A stretch of 64,000 nt of DNA from Chitinophaga pinensis (GTDB lineage: Bacteria > Bacteroidota > Bacteroidia > NS11-12g > UBA955). Made by a program: the position numbers and the translations under genes. The stretch is from the NCBI GenBank assembly GCA_945871905.1, contig CAMBXL010000008.1:32143-96142 (forward strand). Reading direction: 5' to 3'. Position 1 is the first letter of the stretch, and the number at the start of each line of letters is the position of its first letter. The notes beneath the pieces are model-generated. The model worked only from the letters and a program-made list of their open reading frames with translations. It was not told the origin of the DNA and did no database searches. Positions 50,309 through 59,977 of this stretch are shown piece after piece.

Positions 50309-51283
50309 ATGACCGAACGAAACTTAAATTCAAGCATTATACAATATGGTAAGCAAACCATTTATGAAGAAATTAATGAAGTTTCTAAATTGGCCGATTA
50401 TATCGATGATGCTTTTGTTGAGGTTGTTCAATTAATACTTTCTAGCAAAGGCAGAGTAATAATGTCTGGAATTGGTAAAAGTGCCATTATTGGTCAAAAG
50501 ATAGTAGCTACTTTAAACTCTACAGGTACACCTGCTGTTTTTATGCATGCAGCTGATGCTATTCATGGTGACTTAGGCATCATTCAAAAGGATGACGTCG
50601 TTTTTGTGATTTCTAAAAGCGGAAACACTCCTGAAATAAAAGCTATCGTCCCCTTGGTCAAACAATTTGGGAATCCTTTGGTTGCTATTGTTGGAAACAC
50701 TCAATCTGTTTTGGCGCTTTCTGCTAATTATATTTTAAATGTTACAGTAAGTAAAGAAGCTTGCCCGCTAAATTTAGCTCCTACAACCAGCACAACTGCA
50801 CAATTATTGATGGGAGATGCGCTTGCTGTTACTTTGCTTAAATGTCGCAATTTTTCCTCTCAAGATTTTTCTAAATACCATCCCGGTGGTACATTAGGAA
50901 AACAATTGTACCTTACCATAGGTGAATTGGCGGCACAAAATGAAAAGCCTGCAGTGGATGAAAATGTACTTATTAAGGAAGTGATTTTTGAAATATCTAA
51001 AAAAAGAATGGGCGCAACGGCTGTAATAAGTCAAAATATGGCAATAGGGATGATTACCGATGGGGATATTCGCCGTATGATAGAACACACAACACAATTA
51101 GCTGATATAAGCGCCAAACATATTATGTCATCAACGCCAATTACCGTTGATAAAAATGAGTTGGCAGTATCTGTGATTGCAGTTTTAAGAGAAAAGAAAA
51201 TAAGTCAAATAATAGTATTGGATAATGGCGAATATTTCGGCATGGTTCACATACACGATTTTAATAAAGAAGGTTTACTATAA
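50309..51283 (+). CDS. kdsD: KpsF/GutQ family arabinose-5-phosphate isomerase
   Basis: GIGKS, AIHGDLG, ACPLNLAPTTSTT, F.KYHPGG.LG, CBS pair. Confidence 0.93.
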   Translation: MTERNLNSSIIQYGKQTIYEEINEVSKLADYIDDAFVEVVQLILSSKGRVIMSGIGKSAIIGQKIVATLNSTGTPAVFMHAADAIHGDLGIIQKDDVVFVISKSGNTPEIKAIVPLVKQFGNPLVAIVGNTQSVLALSANYILNVTVSKEACPLNLAPTTSTTAQLLMGDALAVTLLKCRNFSSQDFSKYHPGGTLGKQLYLTIGELAAQNEKPAVDENVLIKEVIFEISKKRMGATAVISQNMAIGMITDGDIRRMIEHTTQLADISAKHIMSSTPITVDKNELAVSVIAVLREKKISQIIVLDNGEYFGMVHIHDFNKEGLL

Positions 51284-51286
51284 ATA

Positions 51287-52387
51287 ATGGAGAAAGATAA
51301 AAACAGTTATGTAGTGATAATGGCTGGCGGCATAGGAAGCCGTTTTTGGCCTTTAAGTAAAAAGAGCTATCCAAAACAGTTTCATGATATATTGGGTGTA
51401 GGTAAATCTTTATTAAGGCTTACTTATGAGCGCTATTTATCGGTTATTGAGCCTGAAAATATATTCGTAATAACGAATGCTAGTTACACAGTATTGGTAA
51501 ATGAACAATTGCCTGAATTGCCAATTGCTAATATCATAGACGAACCTGCCTCTATGAATACTGCCCCTTGTGTGGCTTATGCTAGTTTTAAAATATATGC
51601 TCAAAATCCTTTAGCTAAGTTGGTGTTTGCTCCTAGCGATCACCTAATTACTGATGAAAATGATTTTGTAAAAAACATCAAAAATGCTCTTAAGGTGGTC
51701 GAAAATAATGCTTTATTATTAACCTTAGGGATAAAACCCAATCGTCCTGATACTGGTTATGGCTATATTCAGCATGTTGACAAGCCAATAAAAGCGAATA
51801 AAAGTGTGTTTATGGTTAAAACATTTACCGAAAAACCTTCGCTAGAATTGGCGCAAACTTTTTTGGAAAGTGGTGATTTTATGTGGAACAGTGGTATTTT
51901 TATTTGGAAAGCCAAAGATATTATTGATGAATTTGAGTCGCATCAACATGATATGTATGAGATCTTTAAAAAAGGCATGAAAAAATACAATACCTCACAA
52001 GAGGCAGCCTTTATTAATAAGTATTACCCCTTGTGTAAAAGCATTTCTATCGATTATGCTATCATGGAAAAAACCAAAATTGCGTCTATCATTCCTGTAA
52101 ACTTTGGTTGGAGTGATTTGGGAACTTGGAAATCTTTATACATGCTCAGAGATAAAGATGAAAATGGGAATTTATTACATGGCAAACATATTAAAGTATA
52201 CCGCACTAACAATTCATTGATAATGCAAGAAAATTCTGACGATAAATTAGTGGTTGTGGAGGGTTTGCAAAATATGTTAGTGGTGGATACTCACGATATA
52301 TTGTTTATTAGTCATATCGAAAAAGAACAAGAGGTGAGAGAAATAACCTCTGATATCAAAGAAAAATACAAAGGAAGATATACCTAA
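51287..52387 (+). CDS. manC: Mannose-1-phosphate guanylyltransferase
   Basis: IMAGGIGSRFWP.S, PKQF, NTAPC, PSDH, F.EKP, WNSGIF, WSDLGTW. Confidence 0.92.
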   Translation: MEKDKNSYVVIMAGGIGSRFWPLSKKSYPKQFHDILGVGKSLLRLTYERYLSVIEPENIFVITNASYTVLVNEQLPELPIANIIDEPASMNTAPCVAYASFKIYAQNPLAKLVFAPSDHLITDENDFVKNIKNALKVVENNALLLTLGIKPNRPDTGYGYIQHVDKPIKANKSVFMVKTFTEKPSLELAQTFLESGDFMWNSGIFIWKAKDIIDEFESHQHDMYEIFKKGMKKYNTSQEAAFINKYYPLCKSISIDYAIMEKTKIASIIPVNFGWSDLGTWKSLYMLRDKDENGNLLHGKHIKVYRTNNSLIMQENSDDKLVVVEGLQNMLVVDTHDILFISHIEKEQEVREITSDIKEKYKGRYT

Positions 52388-52442
52388 AAGGGAATGTTCT
52401 TAATTTGTGTAAACTTTGTTTAATCATTTTTAAACAAAATGA

Positions 52443-52472
52443 TTTGTTTTATTAAATCTTATTTTATATTTG
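52443..52472 (+). promoter_or_regulatory. Bacteroidota sigma-70 promoter (-33 TTTG / -7 TAnnTTTG)
   Basis: TTTG at 52443-52446 and TATATTTG at 52465-52472, directly upstream of the riboswitch. Confidence 0.7.
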
Positions 52473-52479
52473 CACCCGA

Positions 52480-52675
52480 TAACGGTTCTTTTTTGTAGAT
52501 GTTTACTTATAAAAAAGATTAAAAGGGAATTGGGTGTAAGTCCCAAACATTTCCCGATGCTGTAAGTTTTTGCATTGTTTATTCAATGCCCTTTTTTTGA
52601 AATAATAACCACTGTTGACTTTGTTGATGGGAAGGTTCAAAAAAAGCAAAAAAACAAGTCAGAAGACCTGCCTTT
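52480..52675 (+). promoter_or_regulatory. Cobalamin (B12) riboswitch
   Basis: GGTTC...AAAAGGGAA-TTGGGTGTAAGTCCCAA...CCCGATGCTGTAAG...CCACTG...GGGAAGG...AAGTCAGAAGACCTGCC, upstream of a TonB receptor. Confidence 0.93.
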
Positions 52676-52782
52676 GTCAAACAAATTTTCAATGCTTTCG
52701 GAGAAAAGGCAAGAAAAGGTAAGTGTCATACATTTGTCATTTCGTTTTTTTTCTATTGTATTGATTTTAAAGAGAAATTAAA

Positions 52783-54678
52783 ATGAAAGGTCTATACATC
52801 ATCTGCTTGTTGTTTTGCCAAGGACTTATCCTTGAGGCACAAAACCTCAACGACACTTTGTTGTTGAAAGGCTATGATTTTAAATGGACTAAATCCAACC
52901 ATCCCACCGGAACCCTATCTATTTCTTTGCCTTTTGGTGAATCGCAAACATTAAGTGATGCCATTGGTAGTCAAACTTCTCTTTTCGTAAAACAGTATTC
53001 ACCAAGCAATTTAGCCACAGTTTCTATGCGTGGAATGGGAGCGCAACATACTTCAATGCTGTGGAATGGAATTAATTTGCAGAGTTGCATGAATGGACTC
53101 AAGGATTTGAATCTGATTCCTTTGTTTTTTATTGATGAAGCAAGTATTGAAACTGGTGCAAACTCTAGTTTAATGGGACACGGAACCATCGCAGGAACAG
53201 TGCAATTGAAAAACCAATTGGAGAATGAAAAAAGAATAAAATTGGATATAAATAGAGCTAGTTTTAACAATCAAAGTATCGGATTCTCAATTTCTGGAGT
53301 TAATAAATACTTTAAACACCGTACTCGAATTGTTTACAGGTCGGGAGAAAATGATTTTGAATTTGTTAATTATTTTAAAAGAGAATTGCCCATTGAAAGA
53401 ATTCAAAACAACCAATTGAAACAGATGGGTTTGATGCAAGAATTTTCGTGGGTTATAAAAAAACATTCTTTTTATTTCAATACTTGGTTGATGCAAACAA
53501 GTAGAAATCTTCCAAGTCCCACAGGTGTCGTTAATAATTCTAATGAGTACCAAGAGGATTTTAACTACAAAATGTATTTGCAACACCAATTCAAAATATC
53601 TGCTAAAAGCAAGTTAAGCCAAAAGCTATGTTACATTGATGAATTTCTCAACTATTATAACAATGCCTTATTGCCTTCTCATAGTCGTTCTAAGTCTGCC
53701 ATTTTGGAATCTGAATGGAACACGCAGTTAAACCCCAATCTTGAATTTACAAGCAATGCCAACTTTACCCACCAACTTGCTTTTTCTGATGGGTATCGAA
53801 TGGGCGTAACCCGAAATGTGTTTACTTTGTTTCAAAGATTAGATTGGTACAATAATTCTCGCCGAAATAAACTTTCATTTTCTGTTCGTGAATTGTTTTA
53901 CGACAACAGAATTGCACCTCTTTCACCTGAGTTAGGGCTCGAAAAAAAGCTGAGTAAAAAATGGATGTTGAAATCAAATGCTGCCCTTAGTTTCCGTTTA
54001 CCAACTTTTAATGATTTGTATTGGCAGCCGGGAGGAAATGGTGATTTGAAGCCAGAAAAAGGCAGAAAAGCAGAAGTAACCGCTTTGTATAACACACGTC
54101 ATTGGGAGTTTTCTGTAACAGCCTTTAAACATGTGGTTGAAAATTGGATCATGTGGTTGCCAACCCAAAGTGCTGCTATTTGGATTGCCCAAAATGCTAA
54201 ACAGGTCAAAAGCAATGGACTAGAGTTTAACCAAACCCTTCATAAAGCATTTTTTCAAAAACATCATTTTAGAGTTATAACGCGATACCAATTTGTAAAA
54301 ACTATAAATACAGAAACCTACCAAAATCAATTGGTGCAGTTAGGAAAACAATTGATTTATACGCCTAATCACACCGGTGTTTTGAATCTGGATTACAGAT
54401 ACAAGTCTTTTAATGTATTTGCGGAATCACAATATATTGGAGTGCGATACTCTCAGTCTGACCAACATATTAACAGCAAGTTGGACGACTATTTACTCTT
54501 TAATTCTGGTGTTTCTATACGATTGAATACCAAACGACACCAAGGTACTCTTGTGTTTGCGGTCAAAAATATTTTCAATCGCACTTATCAAGTCATGGAA
54601 AATAGACCTATGCCTCTCAGAAATTATCAATTAACTTTAAAAATAAATATCAATTATGACTCAAAAAATCAACGTTAA
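52783..54678 (+). CDS. btuB: TonB-dependent receptor, BtuB-like
   Basis: Plug motif S.RGMGAQHTSMLWNGI.LQS, LSFRLPTFNDLYW..GGN.DLKPE, KNIFN..YQ...RPMP.RNY; riboswitch context. Confidence 0.85.
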   Translation: MKGLYIICLLFCQGLILEAQNLNDTLLLKGYDFKWTKSNHPTGTLSISLPFGESQTLSDAIGSQTSLFVKQYSPSNLATVSMRGMGAQHTSMLWNGINLQSCMNGLKDLNLIPLFFIDEASIETGANSSLMGHGTIAGTVQLKNQLENEKRIKLDINRASFNNQSIGFSISGVNKYFKHRTRIVYRSGENDFEFVNYFKRELPIERIQNNQLKQMGLMQEFSWVIKKHSFYFNTWLMQTSRNLPSPTGVVNNSNEYQEDFNYKMYLQHQFKISAKSKLSQKLCYIDEFLNYYNNALLPSHSRSKSAILESEWNTQLNPNLEFTSNANFTHQLAFSDGYRMGVTRNVFTLFQRLDWYNNSRRNKLSFSVRELFYDNRIAPLSPELGLEKKLSKKWMLKSNAALSFRLPTFNDLYWQPGGNGDLKPEKGRKAEVTALYNTRHWEFSVTAFKHVVENWIMWLPTQSAAIWIAQNAKQVKSNGLEFNQTLHKAFFQKHHFRVITRYQFVKTINTETYQNQLVQLGKQLIYTPNHTGVLNLDYRYKSFNVFAESQYIGVRYSQSDQHINSKLDDYLLFNSGVSIRLNTKRHQGTLVFAVKNIFNRTYQVMENRPMPLRNYQLTLKININYDSKNQR

Positions 54679-55696
54679 AATCTTTTTCTTTCTATCATTT
54701 TTATTGGCATTCAGCGCGTGTACGAAAGATGAAAAAATCACAGTAGAGGCCGACAACTATAAAGGAGTTTTTATAGTGAATGAAGGTGGTTTTAATAAAT
54801 CAAATGGAAGTATAGGTCTTTACAAACCGGGTACAAATGACTATTTTGATGCCTATAAAAAAGCCAACAATCTTCCATTAGGGGATGTAGTTCAATCAAT
54901 GAGTTTGCTCAATAATAACTACTATATAGTGGTTAATAATTCCAACAAAATTGAAGTCGTTAATCAAACAAGTTTCAAAAATACAGGAACTATTAATTTA
55001 ACTTCACCACGTTATATTTTCAAAGTTGATGCGAATAAAGCGTATGTAAGTCACTTGTTCTCAAATGAACTAAGCGTAGTTGATTTAAATTCTAATACGG
55101 TGGTTTCTAAAATTAATATTAACCATTGGAGTGAACACATGAGTGTGGTAAACAAAAAAGTATTTGTTGGAACTAATTCTAATAAAGTAATGGTTGTGGA
55201 TGCTGTTAATCAAGTATTGGTAGATTCTATCGTTATTGGTAAAGGGATTAATAAAATATTGGCATTGCCAAACTCAAAACTATTGGTTTTCAATACTGGA
55301 GATGTTGACTGGAATTCAGGCGCAGTAAAAGAAAAAGGGCGTTTAAGTGTTGTTTTAGCTGATTCAAACAAAATCGAAAATTCTATTGAATTGAGCAGCG
55401 GTAGTTATGGCGGTTCTATTATTTATAACTCCAAAACTGGAAAAGTATATTACTCATTTGGTGACAATAAAATATATGAATACACCGAAAATGCGACGCC
55501 AGTATTGTGGTTGGAATTGCCTTCAGGACAATCTATTTATGGAATGAGTCTTGATGAAACCAATCAACAAATTTATATCTCAGATGCTGGAGATTTTAAT
55601 GCGGCAGGTAAAGTTTATGTTTATGACCTGTCAAAAAAATTAATCAAAACCATTACAGCAGGGATTGTTCCAAATGGGGCTGTTTTCAATTACTAG
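54656..55696 (+). CDS. btuG: Surface beta-propeller lipoprotein, BtuG/YncE-like
   Basis: Lipobox FSAC, VFIVNEGGF, LGDV.QSM, YIVVNNSNKIEV, SPRY, IYISDAGDF, AGIVP. Confidence 0.75.
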   Translation: MTQKINVKIFFFLSFLLAFSACTKDEKITVEADNYKGVFIVNEGGFNKSNGSIGLYKPGTNDYFDAYKKANNLPLGDVVQSMSLLNNNYYIVVNNSNKIEVVNQTSFKNTGTINLTSPRYIFKVDANKAYVSHLFSNELSVVDLNSNTVVSKININHWSEHMSVVNKKVFVGTNSNKVMVVDAVNQVLVDSIVIGKGINKILALPNSKLLVFNTGDVDWNSGAVKEKGRLSVVLADSNKIENSIELSSGSYGGSIIYNSKTGKVYYSFGDNKIYEYTENATPVLWLELPSGQSIYGMSLDETNQQIYISDAGDFNAAGKVYVYDLSKKLIKTITAGIVPNGAVFNY

Positions 55697-56774
55697 GTTC
55701 CCATTTCTGATTGGGGTATTGTCTTTGCTAATATGGGCTTGTAATCCATTGCCTTCATCAAAACCCGATGGAATCGCTTACGGCAAAGTGCAGTATTCCA
55801 AACAGTTTGGTTTTGCAGAAACCAAGCAAACGCAATTTCTGTTTTTTGTGAACAATAAAGACACGCAATGGATAGAGATTGAAAAAAGTAAATTGAAGGA
55901 AAAACAACCTCGAATTGTGGTTCTTTCTACGGTTTTTGCTGGATTTATTAATGAACTCAATGCACAAGAATGTATAGTTGGGGTCGATAATATCAATTAT
56001 TACTACGATTCTGTGCTACACGCTCAATTTGGCCAAAATTTAATGATAGAAGTAGGAGATGAGGGGCAAATAAACGAACCTAAATTATTGGCTAGTAATC
56101 CTGATTATGTTATTAGTAGTGGATTTAATACGCTCAACAAGGCATTCAAAGAAAGGTTGAAACAGCAGAATATTCAATTGATAGTTTGTGATAACTACAA
56201 AGAACAAGACCCCTTGGCACGTGCTGAGTGGATTAAGCTGTTCGGGGTTTTGTTAAACAAACAAGCAAAAGTAGATTCATTGTTCAACAGTGTTTGCGAC
56301 AATTATCATCAAATTCAAGCAAAGGTTAAATTGCAAAAAAACCAAGTAAAGGTCATGACCGATGCTATGTTTTCTGGTGTTTGGAACGTGCCTGGAGGCG
56401 ATTCTTACTCAGCAAAATTGATTAATGATGCTGGAGGATATTATGTATTTTCTGATTTAAAACCCTACTTTTCATATCCATTGGATTTGGAAACGGTAAT
56501 GAAAAAAGCTCAGAATTCGGATGTTTGGATACATGTAAACGTGTTTAATAGTTTGAATGAAATGGAAAAGTCTGACAGTCGTTATGCTTTTTTCAAACCA
56601 TTTAAGAACAAACAAGTTTACAACTACAGCAAAAGAATAAAGGCAAATGGAGGTAATGATTATTGGGAAAAAGGAGTGGTTCGTCCCGACTATATTTTGA
56701 GTGATTTGGCTCAAATTTTCTCAAATTTCAAATTTTCTAAGGATAATTTGTATTTCTATACAAAGCTTGATTAG
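55674..56774 (+). CDS. btuF: ABC-type substrate-binding lipoprotein, BtuF-like
   Basis: Lipobox IWAC, EQDPLARAEWIKLFG, W.VPGG.SY.AKLI.DAGG, DYWEKGV.RPD..LSDL. Confidence 0.7.
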   Translation: MGLFSITRFPFLIGVLSLLIWACNPLPSSKPDGIAYGKVQYSKQFGFAETKQTQFLFFVNNKDTQWIEIEKSKLKEKQPRIVVLSTVFAGFINELNAQECIVGVDNINYYYDSVLHAQFGQNLMIEVGDEGQINEPKLLASNPDYVISSGFNTLNKAFKERLKQQNIQLIVCDNYKEQDPLARAEWIKLFGVLLNKQAKVDSLFNSVCDNYHQIQAKVKLQKNQVKVMTDAMFSGVWNVPGGDSYSAKLINDAGGYYVFSDLKPYFSYPLDLETVMKKAQNSDVWIHVNVFNSLNEMEKSDSRYAFFKPFKNKQVYNYSKRIKANGGNDYWEKGVVRPDYILSDLAQIFSNFKFSKDNLYFYTKLD

Positions 56775-56799
56775 ATTTGCTTTTTAATTTATAAAGCGC

Positions 56800-58194
56800 T
56801 TGTTATTCAATTCTTGGATATTCTTTTTGTTTCTGCCTTTGGTGTTTTCGGCCTATTATGTGTTGCCGCATAACAAGCGATGGATATTGTTGCTAATTGC
56901 TTCTTATGTTTTTTATGGGTGGTGGCAATGGGAATTTACACTGATAATTCTATTGTCAACTTTAATTGATTTTGTTTGTGCCCAAAAAATTGATGCCATA
57001 GAATCTCCTAAAATAAGGAAACGATGGCTAATTTTAAGCTTGATTTCTAACTTAGGAATATTATTTCTTTTCAAATACTTTTATTTTTTTTTAGGGAGTA
57101 CAGATTGGGTTCAACAAATGGTTCATCCTCATCAAAAAATTAGAGATTTTGTTGACTTTTTTGGGAAAGCATTACCTGTAGGGATTTCATTTTATACTTT
57201 CCAAACCATGAGTTACACGCTCGATGTGTATTATAAAAGAGCAAAACCTGAAACCAATTTAGGTCAATTTGCTTTGTTTGTGTCTTATTTTCCACAGTTA
57301 GTAGCAGGTCCCATTGAGCGATTCAATCATTTGAATGAACAACTCAAAGAAAAACATAAAATTAGCTATGCCCAATTACAACAAGGGTTTAGATTAATGC
57401 TTTACGGTTTTTTTGTCAAAATGGTAATTGCAGATAATTTATCATATACAGTGACTTCTGTTTTTAACGAACCAAGTAAATGGCCGTTTTATTGGAATTG
57501 GGTTGGCGTTTTTTCTTTTTCATTTCAAATTTATGCCGATTTTTTTGGCTATTCTCTAATAGCACAAGGGGTTGCTAAATTAATGGGGGTTAATTTGATG
57601 GATAATTTCAACCGCCCATATTTGTCAAAGTCTATTTCTGAGTTTTGGAAAAGATGGCATATTTCTCTCAGTTCATGGTTTCGAGATTATCTTTATGTGC
57701 CTTTAGGAGGCAATAGAGTTAAGCATGGTAGATGGATTTTTAATGTGCTATTGGTGTTTCTGCTAAGTGGTTTATGGCATGGAGCCAATTATACTTTTAT
57801 TATTTGGGGTGGTTTACATGGTTTGTATTATTTAATAGAAAGATTTTCACCCGTTAAAATTAGAGTTACTTGGTTGAAAGGAACATTGACTTATTTGTCG
57901 GTTGTGTTTGCTTGGATATTTTTTAGAGCCAAAGATTTAACAGAATCTTCACTCGTTATTAAAAGCTTATTTGGAATCAATGATGGCGAAAGGCAGTTGG
58001 ATACACAGCCCTTTATTTTTCTTTTGGTTTTATTGTTTGGATTGCTCGAGTTGCACCGCAAGGATTTGAGATTTGATGCTTATTGCAATCGTTACAATAG
58101 CATACAACGATGGACTTTGTATTGCTTTATGCTATTTTGCATTTTGGCTTTGAGCGGTACAGAATATCAACCGTTTATTTATTTTAGATTTTAA
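56800..58194 (+). CDS. MBOAT family O-acyltransferase (AlgI/DltB-like)
   Basis: MLFNS, LPVGISFYTFQTMSY, FPQLVAGPIER, SEFWKRWHISLS, SGLWHGA. Confidence 0.93.
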   Translation: MLFNSWIFFLFLPLVFSAYYVLPHNKRWILLLIASYVFYGWWQWEFTLIILLSTLIDFVCAQKIDAIESPKIRKRWLILSLISNLGILFLFKYFYFFLGSTDWVQQMVHPHQKIRDFVDFFGKALPVGISFYTFQTMSYTLDVYYKRAKPETNLGQFALFVSYFPQLVAGPIERFNHLNEQLKEKHKISYAQLQQGFRLMLYGFFVKMVIADNLSYTVTSVFNEPSKWPFYWNWVGVFSFSFQIYADFFGYSLIAQGVAKLMGVNLMDNFNRPYLSKSISEFWKRWHISLSSWFRDYLYVPLGGNRVKHGRWIFNVLLVFLLSGLWHGANYTFIIWGGLHGLYYLIERFSPVKIRVTWLKGTLTYLSVVFAWIFFRAKDLTESSLVIKSLFGINDGERQLDTQPFIFLLVLLFGLLELHRKDLRFDAYCNRYNSIQRWTLYCFMLFCILALSGTEYQPFIYFRF

Positions 58195-59246
58195 TGGAAA
58201 GCAATTCACTGAAATACCTCATTTACAAGTTAATAGCTGTTATTGTTACAGTGGTGGTGAGTGCTTTTGTTTACAAGTCCATTTATTGGGAGCCTGAATT
58301 GAAAGATCAAGGGCACATGTTATTCAATTTAAGGGAATTTCAGTGGCACAATGACGTTTTGTATATTGGGGAAAGCTCTAATTACTGGGTTGCGCCCGAA
58401 GATGATGACAAACGAACTATCAGCGACATGATTAACGATAGTTTGGATGGTATGCGCCTAAGTGGTATGCAAGTTCCTGCCTATCATGCAGGGATGTTTT
58501 TGCCAATTATTGAACACATTGATACTTCAGCTAGGGTCAAAAAATTAGTTGTGACAATGAACTTAAGGTCGTTTGACAAACCATGGATTTATTCTGGTCA
58601 GGAGACGGCTTTGTTGCGTTCCAAATGTTTTTATTACACTTCATCGCCGTTGTACAACAGACTGTGTGCGGCATTGCAATTTCATGCACAACCAAGTGCC
58701 GAAGAACAAGAAAATAATATGTTGCACTGTTTTGAGTTTGATACGTTGAAAGTAGATTTTCCGTTGCCTTTCAATACGATTAAAACATGGTGTGAACAAG
58801 AAAAATTCCCGTTGCCACAAGGGGGAGAGGATTTTCCTAAAAGAGTTTTGGCCGACCATTATATCAAAGCTTATGCCTTTCAAATTGATGTCAATACCAA
58901 TCCTAGAATTAAGGATTTTGATAGAATTGTGGAAGTGTGCAAAGCCAAAAATATCAAATTGTATTTTAATCTTTTAGGAGAAAATATAGAATGGGCAGAC
59001 AGTTTGGTTGGAAAAGAATTGGTGTACTTTATGAAAGCCAATCGCGATTTACTAGTAAACCGTTACCACAAAAATGGAGTAACAGTTATTGATAATCTAG
59101 AAAAAATTCCAGGCGATTATTTTGGCGAAAAAGACTGGACTACAGAGCATTACAATCAGTATGGAAGGCTGATAGTGTCCAATAATGTGGCTCGTGTTTT
59201 GATGGCTGATTATTACAAAGAAAAGATTATTAAAGTTGGTAAATGA
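58194..59246 (+). CDS. SGNH-like / DltD-AlgJ-like acyl-transfer partner protein
   Basis: N-terminal TM anchor, VLYIGESS block-I-like motif, C-terminal TTEHYN; translationally coupled (TAATG) to the MBOAT. Confidence 0.55.
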   Translation: MESNSLKYLIYKLIAVIVTVVVSAFVYKSIYWEPELKDQGHMLFNLREFQWHNDVLYIGESSNYWVAPEDDDKRTISDMINDSLDGMRLSGMQVPAYHAGMFLPIIEHIDTSARVKKLVVTMNLRSFDKPWIYSGQETALLRSKCFYYTSSPLYNRLCAALQFHAQPSAEEQENNMLHCFEFDTLKVDFPLPFNTIKTWCEQEKFPLPQGGEDFPKRVLADHYIKAYAFQIDVNTNPRIKDFDRIVEVCKAKNIKLYFNLLGENIEWADSLVGKELVYFMKANRDLLVNRYHKNGVTVIDNLEKIPGDYFGEKDWTTEHYNQYGRLIVSNNVARVLMADYYKEKIIKVGK

Positions 59247-59280
59247 TAATTATTAAACAAAATTAATTATAATTGTAAAT

Positions 59281-59919
59281 ATGAAATTTACGTTTGCCAA
59301 CTCTCTAAATAGAACAGGTTTTAAGCAAAATTATTTACTGTGGATTATAACTGTTGTATTTACTATTGTTTGGGCAAATTCATTGATTTGGACCAGCGAT
59401 ATTAACAATTGGTTGCTAGAAAATGCTTTGACATTTTTATTTCTTGTCGTCTTGTTTCTTTTCTACAAAAAGTATCAATTCAGTGACTTAACTTATTTGT
59501 TAATTGGTTTTTATCTTTGTTTACATGTTTATGGTTCTAAGTATACTTATGCCGACAATCCTTTTGGTTATTGGCTGCAAGACGTGTTTCAGAGTGAGAG
59601 GAATCATTACGACAGAATTGTACACTTTAGTTTTGGTTTTTTGTTGGCTTATCCCATGCGTGAATTGTTTTTGAAGTGGTTTCAATACCCTAAAATGGTG
59701 GCTTGGATATTGCCAATTGAAATTACTTTATCAATAAGTGGTTTGTATGAGTTGATAGAATGGGCTGTTGCGGATGTTTTTTTTCAGGAACAAGGCGTTG
59801 CTTATTTGGGGACACAAGGGGATATTTGGGATGCCCAAAAAGATATTTTTCTTGCATTTTCAGGAGCTTTGTTGTCAACCAGTATTGTTTCTATTCTAAA
59901 GAAAGTAATCAAGAACTAA
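59281..59919 (+). CDS. DUF2238 (YjdF) membrane protein
   Basis: NWLLEN, YTYAD.PFG, RNHYDRIVHF, YELIEW, GTQGDIWDAQKD. Confidence 0.88.
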   Translation: MKFTFANSLNRTGFKQNYLLWIITVVFTIVWANSLIWTSDINNWLLENALTFLFLVVLFLFYKKYQFSDLTYLLIGFYLCLHVYGSKYTYADNPFGYWLQDVFQSERNHYDRIVHFSFGFLLAYPMRELFLKWFQYPKMVAWILPIEITLSISGLYELIEWAVADVFFQEQGVAYLGTQGDIWDAQKDIFLAFSGALLSTSIVSILKKVIKN

Positions 59920-59977
59920 TTTCTATTAAGTTGCATAATCTTTTTTCTATCCTATTTGTTTATTGCTTTATCCATTC

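Noticed and set aside
52416-52440. TTTGTTTAA-N6-TTAAACAAA inverted repeat after manC
   Set aside because: AT-only stem in very AT-rich DNA. It could be a weak terminator but cannot be distinguished from chance.
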